Assembly (NCBI GenBank): GCA_964016885.1 | Contig: OZ024742.1 | Coordinates: 227,664,001 to 227,728,000, forward strand | DNA length: 64,000 bases | Reading direction: 5' to 3' | Source of the DNA: Eledone cirrhosa | Lineage: Eukaryota | In this document: piece by piece, positions 26,327-38,936 of the stretch | How positions within the stretch are numbered: the first letter of the stretch is position 1 | Layout: every line of letters starts with the position of its first letter | The notes under the pieces: generated by a model | Told to the model about the DNA's origin: nothing | Databases searched by the model: none | The model's input: the letters and a program-made list of their open reading frames with translations, nothing else | Program-made: the position numbers and the translations under genes

Positions 26327-26900
26327 GAGTTTAATACAACAGAAATCAAGATTGTGGCTTTAAAATCTACCAATTTTCTTTCTAAAATAAACCCACCAAG
26401 CATAACAATTTATATATATTTAGTCAATTGTTGGTGGTTATTTCTGGTTTCCTGGGATTTGAAGGACTTTTATTTATGTAAAATGTTTGGTGATATATAT
26501 ATATATATATATATAGGACATAAAGGAGTGTTTTTCTTTGCTCTTAAAATGTCTGAATCTGGGATATGAAGGGTCTAACATTACAGCTGTACAATGTCTC
26601 TTCTGACATCACTTCCTCATATTTATATCTATTGATATTAACTGTATTGTATCTTATCACTTGACTGGGATGTGATGTTCTATTAATATTCAACTGTTTC
26701 ATTAACTGATCTATATATTACAGCTTCTTATAACTGGATATGTCTATGACATTGCATGTTTTTACTTTTGCGATATGATGGCTGTGTCATTCAGCGATGG
26801 TTTCTGTCATAAGTTTCTTATTACTGATGTCTCTACCACAACTGGGATGTTGTCTGTCACAACTCCTTATTACGCTGTCTACATGTATTGATATCTAACT

Positions 26901-26977
26901 ATGTTGTATCTCATCAAATAACTGGGATATGGTATCTGTATGACATATCACAGCTAGCTTTGATGAGCTATGACATG
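26901..26977 (+). ncRNA. mir-2: miR-2 family hairpin 5 (3p 26946-26968 TATCACAGCTAGCTTTGATGAGC)
   Basis: miR-2 seed; 5p arm CTCATCAAATAACTGGGATATG. Confidence 0.9.
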
Positions 26978-27083
26978 GTTGTATGCTGCTTAGTTTTTCA
27001 TCAATCTGGTGTTACTTACACCTATCATTACCATTCCATTCTATATATCTCCATATATTGTGTAAGCGTGCTTTGTCTGGCTT

Positions 27084-27158
27084 AGTTGTAACTCATCAAA
27101 TAGCTGGGATATGCTGCTATTAGGACGTATCACAGCTAGCTTTGATGAGCTGGGACTT
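27084..27158 (+). ncRNA. mir-2: miR-2 family hairpin 6 (3p 27128-27150 TATCACAGCTAGCTTTGATGAGC)
   Basis: miR-2 seed; 5p arm CTCATCAAATAGCTGGGATATG. Confidence 0.92.
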
Positions 27159-27345
27159 GGTTTATTTTGGCAAACTTATTTCCTCACTATCACCACCAAC
27201 ATTAGCTGATGGCCAATTTTAAAATGTAGCTTAATGCATTATTTTTACAAACTTCTCATCACCATTTTGCTGTTGGCTAAAGTTTTGAGATGTATCTTAA
27301 TGCAATGTAGGTTTATGATTTGCTAGTTGTCAATTTGTTTGATTA

Positions 27346-27432
27346 TGACTCTGTTGTAGCTCATTAAAGAGCTGGGATATGCTGACTTTATGACATATCA
27401 CAGCTAGCTTTGATGAGCTTCAGCTGGGTCAT
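27346..27432 (+). ncRNA. mir-2: miR-2 family hairpin 7 (3p 27396-27418 TATCACAGCTAGCTTTGATGAGC)
   Basis: miR-2 seed; 5p arm CTCATTAAAGAGCTGGGATATG; extended lower stem. Confidence 0.92.
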
Positions 27433-27574
27433 TGACCACAATGTCCTGTTTGTTTCTAACAGCCATTTATCATATATTTTGATATATTTCTCATTTTAGC
27501 AGTTTAGTTTCATGGATTGGTAAAATGTTGGGATTATTGTCTTGATAATAAATTATCTTGTCAGAGAATTGAAG

Positions 27575-27868
27575 TGAAGGCGTGTGGCCTAGTGGTTACT
27601 ATGTTGGACTCAACAATCATATGGTTGGGTCAGATCCCTGGACCAGATGGTGTGTTGTATCCTTGGGCAAGATGCTTTAGTTAGGGAAAAAAAAGAATGA
27701 AATTTTCAGTTTGCCTCCTACCATGTTGCATCCCATAGGTTTCTCAGTCCTATCATGGAAAGCAACATGAAATGAAGTATCTTGCATGAGAACACAACAC
27801 GCTGCCAAATTCAGGAACCAAACTCGCTTCCCGAGTCCAAAACCTTGGCCACTAGACCATGTCCCATC
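27575..27868. mobile_element. Two SINE family B fragments in opposite orientation inside the miRNA cluster
   Basis: GAAGGCGTGTGGCCTAGTGGTTA...CCTTGGGCAAGA (+) and CTTGCATGAGAACACAACACGC...CCACTAGACCATG (-). Confidence 0.65.
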
Positions 27869-28081
27869 ACATGTTTGACTTGTTTTTATTTTAAAAAATT
27901 TGAATTAATCCATTTGCGATATGTTCTGTTCATATCATTGGCCAGGTTTTATCATTACTATTCAGTATTGAGAACGTGTTTGTTTTTGTTTTTTGTAGTT
28001 GTAGAATTCTGTTATTTCAGACAATTTACTGTTGGAGATTACTCAGCCAGGAAGGTCCCAGTGTTGGGGCTGTTTTCTCTG

Positions 28082-28154
28082 CTTTAAGTCACCAAAGTGG
28101 TGGTGATGTGTTTCTCAACTTATCATATCACAGCCAGCTTTGATGAGCTCAAAC
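28082..28154 (+). ncRNA. mir-2: miR-2 family hairpin 8 (3p 28126-28148 TATCACAGCCAGCTTTGATGAGC)
   Basis: Canonical miR-2; 5p arm GTCACCAAAGTGGTGGTGATGTG. Confidence 0.93.
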
Positions 28155-28176
28155 ATGAGACCACACAGCGATGGCT

Positions 28177-28257
28177 GGGATCTCCTTTCATCAAAGTGGC
28201 TGTCATATGCTTCTCCAATCATTCATATCACAGCCTGCTTTGATGAGAGGAAGCCCT
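28177..28257 (+). ncRNA. mir-2: miR-2 family hairpin 9 (3p 28226-28248 TATCACAGCCTGCTTTGATGAGA)
   Basis: miR-2 seed; 5p arm CCTTTCATCAAAGTGGCTGTCATATG. Confidence 0.93.
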
Positions 28258-30619
28258 TCACTGCAAATTCAGATGCCACCTCTCATACTCACAGTAGCTG
28301 CCAGAATATATATAATTGCTGCACTTTTTTTTTTTTTTTTTTTTAAATGAAAAACGCAGCACCTGTATAAATGTGATAATTTGAGAAGTTTAAATTACAA
28401 ATGTTTTGTTTTTTGTTTGTCTTTTGTTTACCATTTGTATATCAATGTGGTTTGTAATAAATAGGTGGTGGTAAATTTGCATATTTTAGTTCTGTTCTTA
28501 AGTACTATATAGTATTCCAATTATATTTAACCACCCTATTGTTACCATATTTCTAATGAAATACGCTATGGTTTTCATATAATTTTGAAAATAATTATGG
28601 ATGAAGAGATTTAGTAAAACATCTTATCTGGTGTTTGGAGCATAAGCTCTTGCATAAAGTTCTGATGGATTGCTTTTGAGATTAATATAAACACTAAACT
28701 CAAACATTTTTTAGATATTTTCCACACGAGGATGTTAAATTCAAATATTTATAGTATCTTTATTAAGTGGGCCTACTATTGTGAAAATGTGAAGTATTAG
28801 AGTAAAGACTTCAATATTTAATGTTTTATACTTTTCTGCTTTGATAGATGTTATTGCTCTAATCCTCCTGTTAAATGTTTTATGGAACAATTTGGTGTTG
28901 ATTCGAAATAGTTTATTTAAACTCTTCTGTTACCATATTTCAAATGATTTGCCCTATATTTCAGTTTGTGAGGGATTTACAAAGATGGTATTTACAATAA
29001 ATGGTTCTTATATAAAATTGTTGGAAGATTTTAATTCATATAGGAACCCTTTAAATTGGATCATTTGTTTCATAGACTGAACTAATTTTGACTGTCTGAA
29101 AAATGAAAAAATAGGAATATAAATTTTTTTTTTTTATGAATGCCTTGTTAATGATTGCAGTTACATGTTCAGGAAATTGAGTTAATACAGTGCCACCACC
29201 ACTATAGTGGTGACATGTATATAGCTAAGCTTTGAAAATTTGACAAATTTAAAAAAAAAAAAATTTTTTTTATTTTTTAACTCTTTTGAAATCAAGAACT
29301 AGTCAATTCTTCCTTTATTTTTCTCTAAAAGAAATTGGCTGTGTTCAGACATGGAGCAGGATGGGTTCTGCCGAGTTTTTAATGCTCAAGGGCAGCACCT
29401 CTATGACTACATCAGAAGTTTTCCTTCCCGTTTTAAAATTTTTCCAAGGAGCATTAATGATTGAATGAGTCTTGACTATTTTAACTAACTTTATCAATAT
29501 ATCTCTGATGTTTAGTACTTAACTTATTAGGTTCTTAAACTTCTGTATCATAAAACCAGGGCCAGTTTCAGGTGATTTTGTATCAAATGGGTTAATGTTT
29601 TTTTTCTACATCATTATAAATTTCAATTAAATGTGTGACCAGTCATACTGTTATGTGAAGGGCTTTTTCACAACAATGTATTGTATTTCTGAATATTTTA
29701 TTTGTTCATTGCATTGACAAAATGATTATCACTGATCAACCCATTTCTAACCATTGTAATGAAAGACACTGCCAATGATTTTCAAATAATTTTGAAAATA
29801 AAGAATTTTAAGTGAATTACTTAAAATTACAAGAGAACTTTTAGTTGAAAACAGCTTTGTATTGTAGGATCAGGTATGCTTTCAATATTCCAGTGCAGTG
29901 ATAGTTTATCTGCCTAAATGTCCTTTAGAATTGCTGACAAAAGCTAATTTTCAGTTAGCGTACTGTTTATTTTTGTATTCTGATTTAATCATTTTCTTAC
30001 CATATTTTTAAAGAATTGCATTTGAATTAATGAAGAATTTTGAGGGATTTACTAAGATTATACTTCTATTAAGAAGGTATTTGTAATATAACTTAAATGG
30101 TTGTAAAACTGCATAGGTACCTTTTTATATGAGGAGTTTTGCTTCATGGAATCTTGGGCAGTTTTAGGTGGATTGGCATGAAAAGGGTTGAATATTTTTT
30201 TTCTTTTTGTTTGAAAGGATTTCATAGTTATGGTAAAATAGTGTTAGTACTATTCCAAACTTTTTTTTAACTTAAAATTTATAAAAGGCGCAATAAAGTT
30301 AAGCCTTAAATTAATGTTACATCAATACATTGTCAATGAAGTTGTATATTGTTTATTTACTCATTGTTGAATGCCCTTTCTGGTGCTAACTTAGTTGTCT
30401 CTTTTAAAAGAAACACTTGTATATTATATCAAGTGGATGTTTTAATATTTTAAACTTTTGTTTAAAACTGGTTTAATTCAAATGTATAGACATTTTTTTT
30501 CTACTGGACCGATTAAAATTTGCAGTACCAGGCTTCCATTTTGAATGTAATGCTGTTTGTACTTTTATAAAAAATCTCTTGCTAATGTAGTTTAATTCAA
30601 ATATTTATATCTTTAACGG

Positions 30620-30935
30620 TGAAGATGTGTGGCTTGGTGGTTACAGAGTTGAATTCACAATTGTAAAGTTGTGAATTTGATTCTCGTGCTGGGTAATGAG
30701 TTGTCTCTGAGCAAGACTCTTTATTTCTCATTGATCCAATTCACTCAGTTGTAGAAATAAGTTGCAACATCATTGGTGCCAAGCTGTATTGGCCTTTCTT
30801 TCCCTTGGACAACATTGATTGCATGGAAAGGGGAGACTGGTGTGGCTGCTGGTCTATTGGAAAAACACCTTGACAGGGCTTGGGACTTTCTAGGTGCAAA
30901 ACCCATGATTATTTGAGACTGAAAGGGGTCTTTAA
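30620..30935 (+). mobile_element. tRNA-derived SINE family B
   Basis: TGGCTTGGTGGTTA...TGAGCAAGACTCTTTATTTC...CACTCAGTTGTAGAAAT. Confidence 0.7.
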
Positions 30936-31121
30936 CAGATTGTGAAGATTTATTTCTAATGTGAAGCGGTCAATGTTTTGTACTTCGCAAGACTGTCTTG
31001 CCAGTGTGATTTAATTTAAATGTTTATATTTTACTATTGTACAGATTGCGAAATTTTGCTAATGTGATACAGGATGTTAAGAGATAGATTTAAAAGTAAC
31101 TCTGTTGGATTGTTATAAAGT

Positions 31122-31167
<46 letters not shown>

Positions 31168-31355
31168 TAAAACCTGGGTGATTTCATCATTCCATTCACT
31201 GGAGTTTAGAAATACAATGGGCCCCATCTTTTACTTCGCAAATTAGTTTCCTAACCCCTACTGTTATATAGGACCCACGTATGTTTTGGAGGAGGCATAA
31301 AATCAGGATCTCTGTTGGTTGAGATCACTTGGGAAAAAGAATATCAGTAGAGGTT

Positions 31356-31398
<43 letters not shown>

Positions 31399-31822
31399 TG
31401 AACATTAGGTGATGTAGTTTCATGTGGAACTAACTATTTGGAATTTTAAAGCTCTGAATTTTTAAAAGTATCTCCGAACCACTTAGGTTGAACCTTTCAT
31501 TACCATATTTCTAACAAAAGGCATTGCCTGTTTTCAAATCATTTTGAAAATATCTCCTAATTTCATGTTTCAAACATAAGCAAAGGTACTAATTATGGTG
31601 AAGGGTTTTCAGATAAATACAAACACTTCGGAACAGGGGTGGTTTAGTATCTAGAGGTTTTTAACTGAACAAGATTCAGGCCCACTGTAAAGTAATGTCA
31701 CAAAATTTAGTCTTATCAGAAAGTTTGACTTATATTTATTTCTGTGTTACCTATTTTGATATTTTCCTTCCTTAATGTTTCTATGCATGTGCTCACATAT
31801 TTGTCTGGATTTCTTTCAACAG

Positions 31823-31927
31823 TTGATGTGCAAAATGGCACCTTTGCTTGGAAGGGAGATGACAGAACGATTGTTTCTTGCCCGTTTTACTCAGATGTGT
31901 TCAGATCCACTGTTCCATGTCCGAAGG
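31823..31927 (+). CDS. PPP4R1: PPP4R1 coding exon 8 (LMCKMAPLLGREMTERLFLARFTQMCSDPLFHVRR)
   Basis: ttcaacag/gtaagc sites; phase 0-0; HEAT motif ...FHVR(K/R). Confidence 0.93.
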
Positions 31928-32311
31928 GTAAGCTGTGGGCTTGTCAACCACCACCATTGTATTTTTTTCCCCTTTACCACTGCTGAGCACAAGTGACATA
32001 TTGAAAAATATATTGAATTATGATATTTATAAAAATAATTTCTTTCCAAGTGATGTAAGATTTTCTAGAAAGCACTTGGATTCACTTTTCTAATGAAAAC
32101 TTGTTAAAAATATATATTAATTGGGGATCTATTATTGTCTTTTTTTTTTGGAAGGGGAGTAATAGCAATGGTCTGTGAAAATTCTTTGTATCATATGACC
32201 AGGGGAGGGACTGTTTTGGTGTCAAAATGTTTACTTGATTATTTCTTGGCATTAAGTTGGATGCTTTTTCAAGCAATATCTACAATGTATATTATATATA
32301 TATCTTTGTAG

Positions 32312-32377
32312 ATATGTGCATCTAATTTTGGTGAAATATGTACAGTTGTTGGAGGTGAGAGTACAGAGCAAAATTTG
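32312..32377 (+). CDS. PPP4R1: PPP4R1 coding exon 9 (ICASNFGEICTVVGGESTEQNL)
   Basis: tttgtag/gtaagt sites; phase 0-0; resembles VCAANFGDICSVVG. Confidence 0.92.
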
Positions 32378-32507
32378 GTAAGTAGGCACTTTTCTTTTTC
32401 ATATTGAAGTATTCTGTAATTCCCTCTTTGGAGCAAATTGTATCTCCAGCAATGTTTTAGGCACTAGTCATTTGAAATAAATTCTTATGCCAAAAATATA
32501 CTACAAT

Positions 32508-32545
<38 letters not shown>

Positions 32546-32809
32546 CTCCTAACCCTTCTGTGTGCAAAATATATTGGGTTTGTGTCTTTGTTTGGATCTG
32601 CCCATTAGAACTAAAGTAAAGCAAATTTGGTCAAAATACCTATTTTATTTGGCTTTTACAATGCGGGTTGTAGGACCAATTCTTGGATTAGGTATCTTGT
32701 ATTCATGTCTTATGTTTCATTTCAAGATAGAACTGGAGGCTCTCTATCATTAAAACACTTATGAAACTTTTCATGAGGTTCAACCTCACAGGAGGCTAGC
32801 TACACCTGC

Positions 32810-32840
<31 letters not shown>

Positions 32841-32927
32841 ATACTATTAAAGGTTGTGTATATGAAATCATGTTTGCTGTGATCATGTCATGGATACTTC
32901 AGCAACGGGGTAAGAGTGGTGAATGCA

Positions 32928-32962
<35 letters not shown>

Positions 32963-33536
32963 ATTAGTTCGTCAGCATTTATTTCAAGGTGTGTGAAACA
33001 TTTTGTATCAATTTCAATCAACAATGGCACCCATGCGTGTTAAATGGAATTTTACTCCTAGTTGAACCTACCCCCCTCCACTTCTGAATATGGCTTTCTT
33101 CCAGGGATGAAAGATAGTGATGCAGACTGGCCTCGGCCATAAAAGGATGAGGCAAAAATGGCCTGAATATTTTATAGATTTTGTAAGCAGGTATGAATGA
33201 TATCATTTTACATCTGCTTTGGCATTTCTATGGGTGAATGCCCTTCCAAACCTCACCCACCTTATATGAATATTTGGTGTATTCTTTCCTGATTCCAACA
33301 CCAATGCTTTACAAGGTGTACTGGGTGGGTGCATTTTATCATGGCACAAGTAAAAGTAGTGAGACCAGGGCTTAGTGTTCACAATATTAGGCTTGAAAGG
33401 ACCCTACAACCTGGTTGAGCAAGTCGCCTCTCTAATGCTGTTTACTTGTAAAAGTGGGCAAGTTGTTTGTATTATGGCATACTATCTTGTGGATGGTTTT
33501 GTAAAAAAAAATATTCTTTTTGTTTTTCAATTTCAG

Positions 33537-33695
33537 CTTGGAAAGTTTGGTTCACTGTGTGAAGACAGTGTTTGGGGTGTAAGGAAAGGCTGTGCTGAGT
33601 CCTTTATGCCATTAGCATCTATATGTTCAGTAGATGTGAGAAGAAATGTTCTTACCTCATTATTTGTCAATTTACTCTGTGATCAGTCTCGCTGG
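33537..33695 (+). CDS. PPP4R1: PPP4R1 coding exon 10 (LGKFGSLCEDSVWGVRKGCAESFM...LFVNLLCDQSRW); gene continues beyond window
   Basis: tttcag/gtaaga sites; LCxDxVWGVRKxCAE and DxSRW are characteristic PP4R1 HEAT motifs; no following exon recognised in the window. Confidence 0.94.
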
Positions 33696-34184
33696 GTAAG
33701 AATATTGAATCTTTCTAATTTTATTGTATTAAATTATGTAGTGAATCTCCAATTTTGACAAATATTCCAGTTTGAGCATTGCTAATTCCATAGACCTATA
33801 TATTGTTCTCAGAGATTTAGCATGACTGTGTGAGAAGGCTGATCCTTTGAATTAAAACTTTTAACTGAGTGGACTGGAGAAAATTGAAATAGTCTTGCTC
33901 AAGGACATGGGAACTCCACCAGGATTCAAATTCTCTACATTACAATTGTGAGCTGAACCCCATAGCCATTGTCGCTTGTTTTTAGAATATTATTTCACCT
34001 TGGATTTACAAACCAGAATAGTCTGACCATTCACTCTACATATAGATATGTGCACGCACACTTGTATATATACAAATGTGCACCTTTTTGTATATACATA
34101 CATACCCAGGCTGTTACATGCACATATATATATCTGTACTCGCACATGCTGCATGGTGTATCCGTGTGTGTGTGTCTATATATA

Positions 34185-35358
34185 ACAAAGAGGTGTGGTA
34201 AGATACCAGGTGAACCATAATGCACCAGAGAACTCAATATTTAGGGTAGTTTTTTAAGATATATTTATCAAACTTGGGCCAGCTTGTCTTCATGACTTGT
34301 TCTTTCGATCTCACTCGAAAAACCTGCCATTGGCTTTGATGACGGCTTCAGCTAGATCTGTTGGTGTCTCGTTCCACTGCGCCTCACACAAAGAAGTCAA
34401 GGGGGTTGCAGTCAAGTGAAGTGTGGTCGACAAAGTTCTGACAGCAAGGCTCGGGTCTTTCGGCTGGTATGGCAGGGTGCTGAGTCTTACTGCCACATGT
34501 ACGGCCTACCTGCAGCTACCTGGTTGATCCAGGGCTTTACTACCTCCCTCAGAACGCGGATGTAGCCATTGGTGTTCGGCTTGAGGCCCTCAGGGAAGAA
34601 GTGAGGTGGCACGACGTTAACTTGACTGCTGACGACACCTAAGACCAATGTTGTCGCTGGAAACTTTGTCTGCATGACTCTGGGCATGTCTTTGGATGAG
34701 ACAGCGAGCCACCTATTGTTCTGGGAGTTGATCTTCTGGTCTTGGCAGAAGTTTTTCTCGTCGGAGACAAACCACAGCATGTCTGACTCCAGTGGGTGTT
34801 TCAACTTGTTGATCAGCTTTGCGTGCTTCAGTTGCTTTTCTTGCATCGCCTTTGACAGAAATTGTCCTTTCCTCAACTTGTATGAAACGTAGCGAATGTC
34901 TGCATGTACCGACAACCTAATGATCTTTTGATCCACGCCTTTCTCCCTTGCAATGGCATGCATCGACTTACTAGGTTCGTTGTTGATGACATCTGAACTT
35001 CAGCGACGAACTCGGGCATTCTATGGGCGTCAGATCGTCGATCATGTGTTTTCCTCTCTGATGTTGCTTCGTAGTCGTATCCTGAATCTTCCAATTCCTT
35101 TCTGACCTTTTCCACCATTCTCCTGCTGTCACTGAGACGGTCTGAAATTTCCTTATTTGCCCTCCCGGTGCGGATGCCAAGTAGAACTCCGTGTCTCTTC
35201 CACAATTGTGGAAGTTCAAAATTATTCATCAAATATTCTGAAAATAAATAATGGAAATATAATCAGTTTTTATGAAGACAAGAGTGACAGCGGAAGTATA
35301 AAAAAAAATATATGTATTAGCAGTTGAAACTTGCGCACGAATATCGTCCACACCCTGT
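34185..35358 (-). mobile_element. Decayed Tc1/mariner-superfamily DNA transposon (maT/DD37D-like transposase pseudogene)
   Basis: Frameshifted ORFs 34873..35232 and 34487..34963 with WFVSDEKNF, NSQNNRW, W-Q-stop-DSAPCHT and (S)LDCNPLDFFV motifs; right end reads CAGGGTGTGGACGATA on the minus strand, with a degenerate left counterpart GAGGTGTGGTAAGATA. Confidence 0.85.
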
Positions 35359-35512
35359 GTGTGTAATCGGTGGTACACCCGCGCAATTGGAAGGCCTCCA
35401 CGATGAGTTACTGTTTTAAGAATACGATTGGGACTACATGGATGAGGAATGGATGGCGTGCTGTAACCACCGGCGCCGAATGTACGCCCACCAGACTGGT
35501 CGGTCCAGGTGA

Positions 35513-36964
35513 TACACACACACATGCACATATATATACGTGTATATATATATATGTGTATGTATATATGCGTATGTATATGTATATGTATATATGCGTA
35601 TGTATATGTATATATATATATGCGTATGTATATGTATATGTGTATATATATATATGTGTATGTGTATGTGTATATATATGTGTGTGTATATATATGTGTA
35701 TGTATATATATGTGTATGTATATATATGTGTATGTATATATGTGTGTATGTATATATATGTGTATGTATATATGTGTGTATGTATATATGTGTGTATGTA
35801 TATATGTGTGTATGTATATATATGTGTATGTATATATATGTGTATGTATATATATATGTGTATGTATATATATGTGTATGTATATATATATGTGTATGTA
35901 TATATATATGTGTATGTATATATATATGTATGTATATATATATGTGTATGTATATATATATGTGTATGTATATATATATGTGTATGTATATATATATGTG
36001 TATGTATATATATATGTGTATGTATATATATATGTGTATGTATATATATGTGTATGTATATATATGTGTATGTATATATATATGTGTATGTATATATATG
36101 TGTATGTATATATATGTGTATGTATATATATATGTGTATGTATATATATATGTGTATGTATATATATATGTGTATGTATATATATATGTGTATGTATATA
36201 TATATGTGTATGTATATATATATGTGTATGTATATATATGTGTATGTATATATATATGTGTATGTATATATATATGTGTATGTATATATATATGTGTATG
36301 TATATATATATGTGTATGTATATATATATATGTGTATGTATATATATATATGTGTATGTATATATATATATGTGTATGTATATATATATATGTGTATGTA
36401 TATATATATATGTGTATGTATATATATATATGTGTATGTATATATATATATATGTGTATGTATATATATATATGTGTATGTATATATATATGTGTATGTA
36501 TATATATATGTGTATGTATATATATATGTGTATGTATATATATATGTGTATGTATATATATATGTGTATGTATATATATATGTGTATGTATATATATATG
36601 TGTATGTATATATATATGTGTATGTATATATATATGTGTATGTATATATATATGTGTATGTATATATATATGTGTATGTATATATATATGTGTATGTATA
36701 TATATATGTGTATGTATATATATGTGTATGTATATATATATGTGTATGTATATATATATGTGTATGTATATATATATGTGTATGTATATATATATGTGTA
36801 TGTATATATATATGTGTATGTATATATATGTGTATGTATATATGTGTATGTATATATATGTGTATGTATATATATGTGTATGTATATATATGTGTATGTA
36901 TATGTGTGTATGTATATATGTGTGTATGTATATGTGTGTGTATGTATATGTGTGTGTATGTATA

Positions 36965-36999
<35 letters not shown>

Positions 37000-38740
37000 G
37001 TGTGTATGTGTGTATGTGTGTATATGTGTGTATGTGTGTATGTGTATATATGTGTATATGTGTGTATGTGTATATATGCGTATATGCAGATATATGTGTA
37101 TATGTAGATATATGTGTATATGTAGATATATGTGTATATGTAGATATATGTGTATATGTAGATATATGTGTATATGTAGATATATGTGTATATCTGTGTA
37201 GATATATGTGTATATCTGTGTATATATATGCATATATATATTTATATATGCATATATATATTTATATATGCATATATATATTTATATATGCATATATATA
37301 TTTATATATGCATATATATATTTATATATGCATATATATATTTATATATGCATATATATATTTATATATGCATATATATATTTATATATGCATATATATA
37401 TTTATATATGCATATATATATTTATATATGCATATAAATATGTATAGATGTGTATATATAGATGTGTGTGTGTGTATGTATGTGTATATATGTGTGTGTA
37501 TATATATGTGTATGTATATATATATGTGTATGTATATATATGTGTGTATATATGTGTGTATATATATATATATGTGTGTATATATGTATGTGTATATATA
37601 TGTGTATGTATATATATATGTGTATGTATATATATGTGTGTATATATGTGTGTATATATATATATATGTGTGTATATATGTGTGTATATATATATGTGTG
37701 TATATATATATGTGTGTATATATATATGTGTGTATATATATATGTGTGTATATATATATGTGTGTATATATATATGTGTGTATATATATATGTATGTATA
37801 TATATGTGTATGTATATATATATGTGTATGTATATATATATATATATGTGTATGTATATATATATATGTGTATGTATATATATATATGTGTATGTATATA
37901 TATATGTGTATGTATATATATATGTGTATGTATATATATATGTGTATGTATATATATATGTGTATGTATATATATATGTGTATGTATATATATATGTGTA
38001 TGTATATATATATGTGTATGTATATATAGATATGTGTATATATATATGTGTGTATATATATGTGTGTGTATATATGTGTGTGTATATATATGTGTGTATA
38101 TATATATGTGTGTATATATATATGTGTATATATATATATGTGTATATATATATATGTGTGTATATATATATGTGTATATATATATATGTGTATATATATA
38201 TGTGTATATATATATGTGTATATATATATATGTGTATATATATATATGTGTATATATATATGTGTGTATATATATATATGTGTATATATATATGTGTGTA
38301 TATATATATGTGTGTATATATATATGTGTGTATATATATATGTGTGTATATATATATGTGTGTATATATATATGTGTGTATATATATATGTGTGTATATA
38401 TATATGTGTGTGTATATATATGTGTGTGTATATATATGTGTGTGTATATATATGTGTGTGTATATATATGTGTGTGTATATATATGTGTGTGTATATATA
38501 TGTGTGTGTATATATATGTGTGTGTATATATATGTGTGTATATATATATATATGTGTGTGTATATATATATATATGTGTGTATATATATATATGTGTGTA
38601 TATATATATATATGTGTGTATATATATATATATGTGTGTATATATATATATATGTGTGTATATATATATATATATGTGTATATATATATATATATATATG
38701 TGTGTATGTGTGTATATAGATATATATATATAATGTGTAT
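35513..38740. repeat. Compound (TA)n/(TG)n microsatellite array with internal 18-mer and 20-mer minisatellites
   Basis: Direct reading; 18-mer AGATATATGTGTATATGT x~6 from 37088; 20-mer GCATATATATATTTATATAT x10 from 37230. Confidence 0.97.
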
Positions 38741-38742
38741 AT

Positions 38743-38936
38743 CATCATCATCATCGGGTTTAGCGTCCGTGTTCCACGCTTGCATGGGTTTGGACGGGGG
38801 TTTTCCCACTTGAGGCAAGAGTGGTTGTCTTGCTCGCATAGGACTGTCTGGCGGGTTTTCTACAGCTGGATGCCCTTCCTAACACCAACCACATTTACAG
38901 TGTGGGGCTGGGAGGCTTTTACCGTGTTGCCTACAC
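38743..38936 (-). mobile_element. LINE 3' UTR/tail fragment embedded in microsatellite
   Basis: (ATC)n followed by CGTCCGTGTTCCACGCTTGCATGGG...GGATGCCCTTCCTAACACCAACCAC, matching 54823-55018. Confidence 0.8.

Noticed and set aside
25745-28248. Recurrent 23-nt repeat resembling a CRISPR array
   Set aside because: Spacing is irregular, each copy is the 3' arm of a hairpin, the sequence equals mature miR-2, the context is a eukaryotic intron and there are no cas genes
29197-29212. 16-bp perfect palindrome CACCACTATAGTGGTG in intron 7
   Set aside because: Too short for a pre-miRNA and no similarity to the cluster hairpins
35362-35512. GC-richer island between the transposon and the microsatellite
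   Set aside because: Possibly the extreme 3' end of another LINE, but too short to assign
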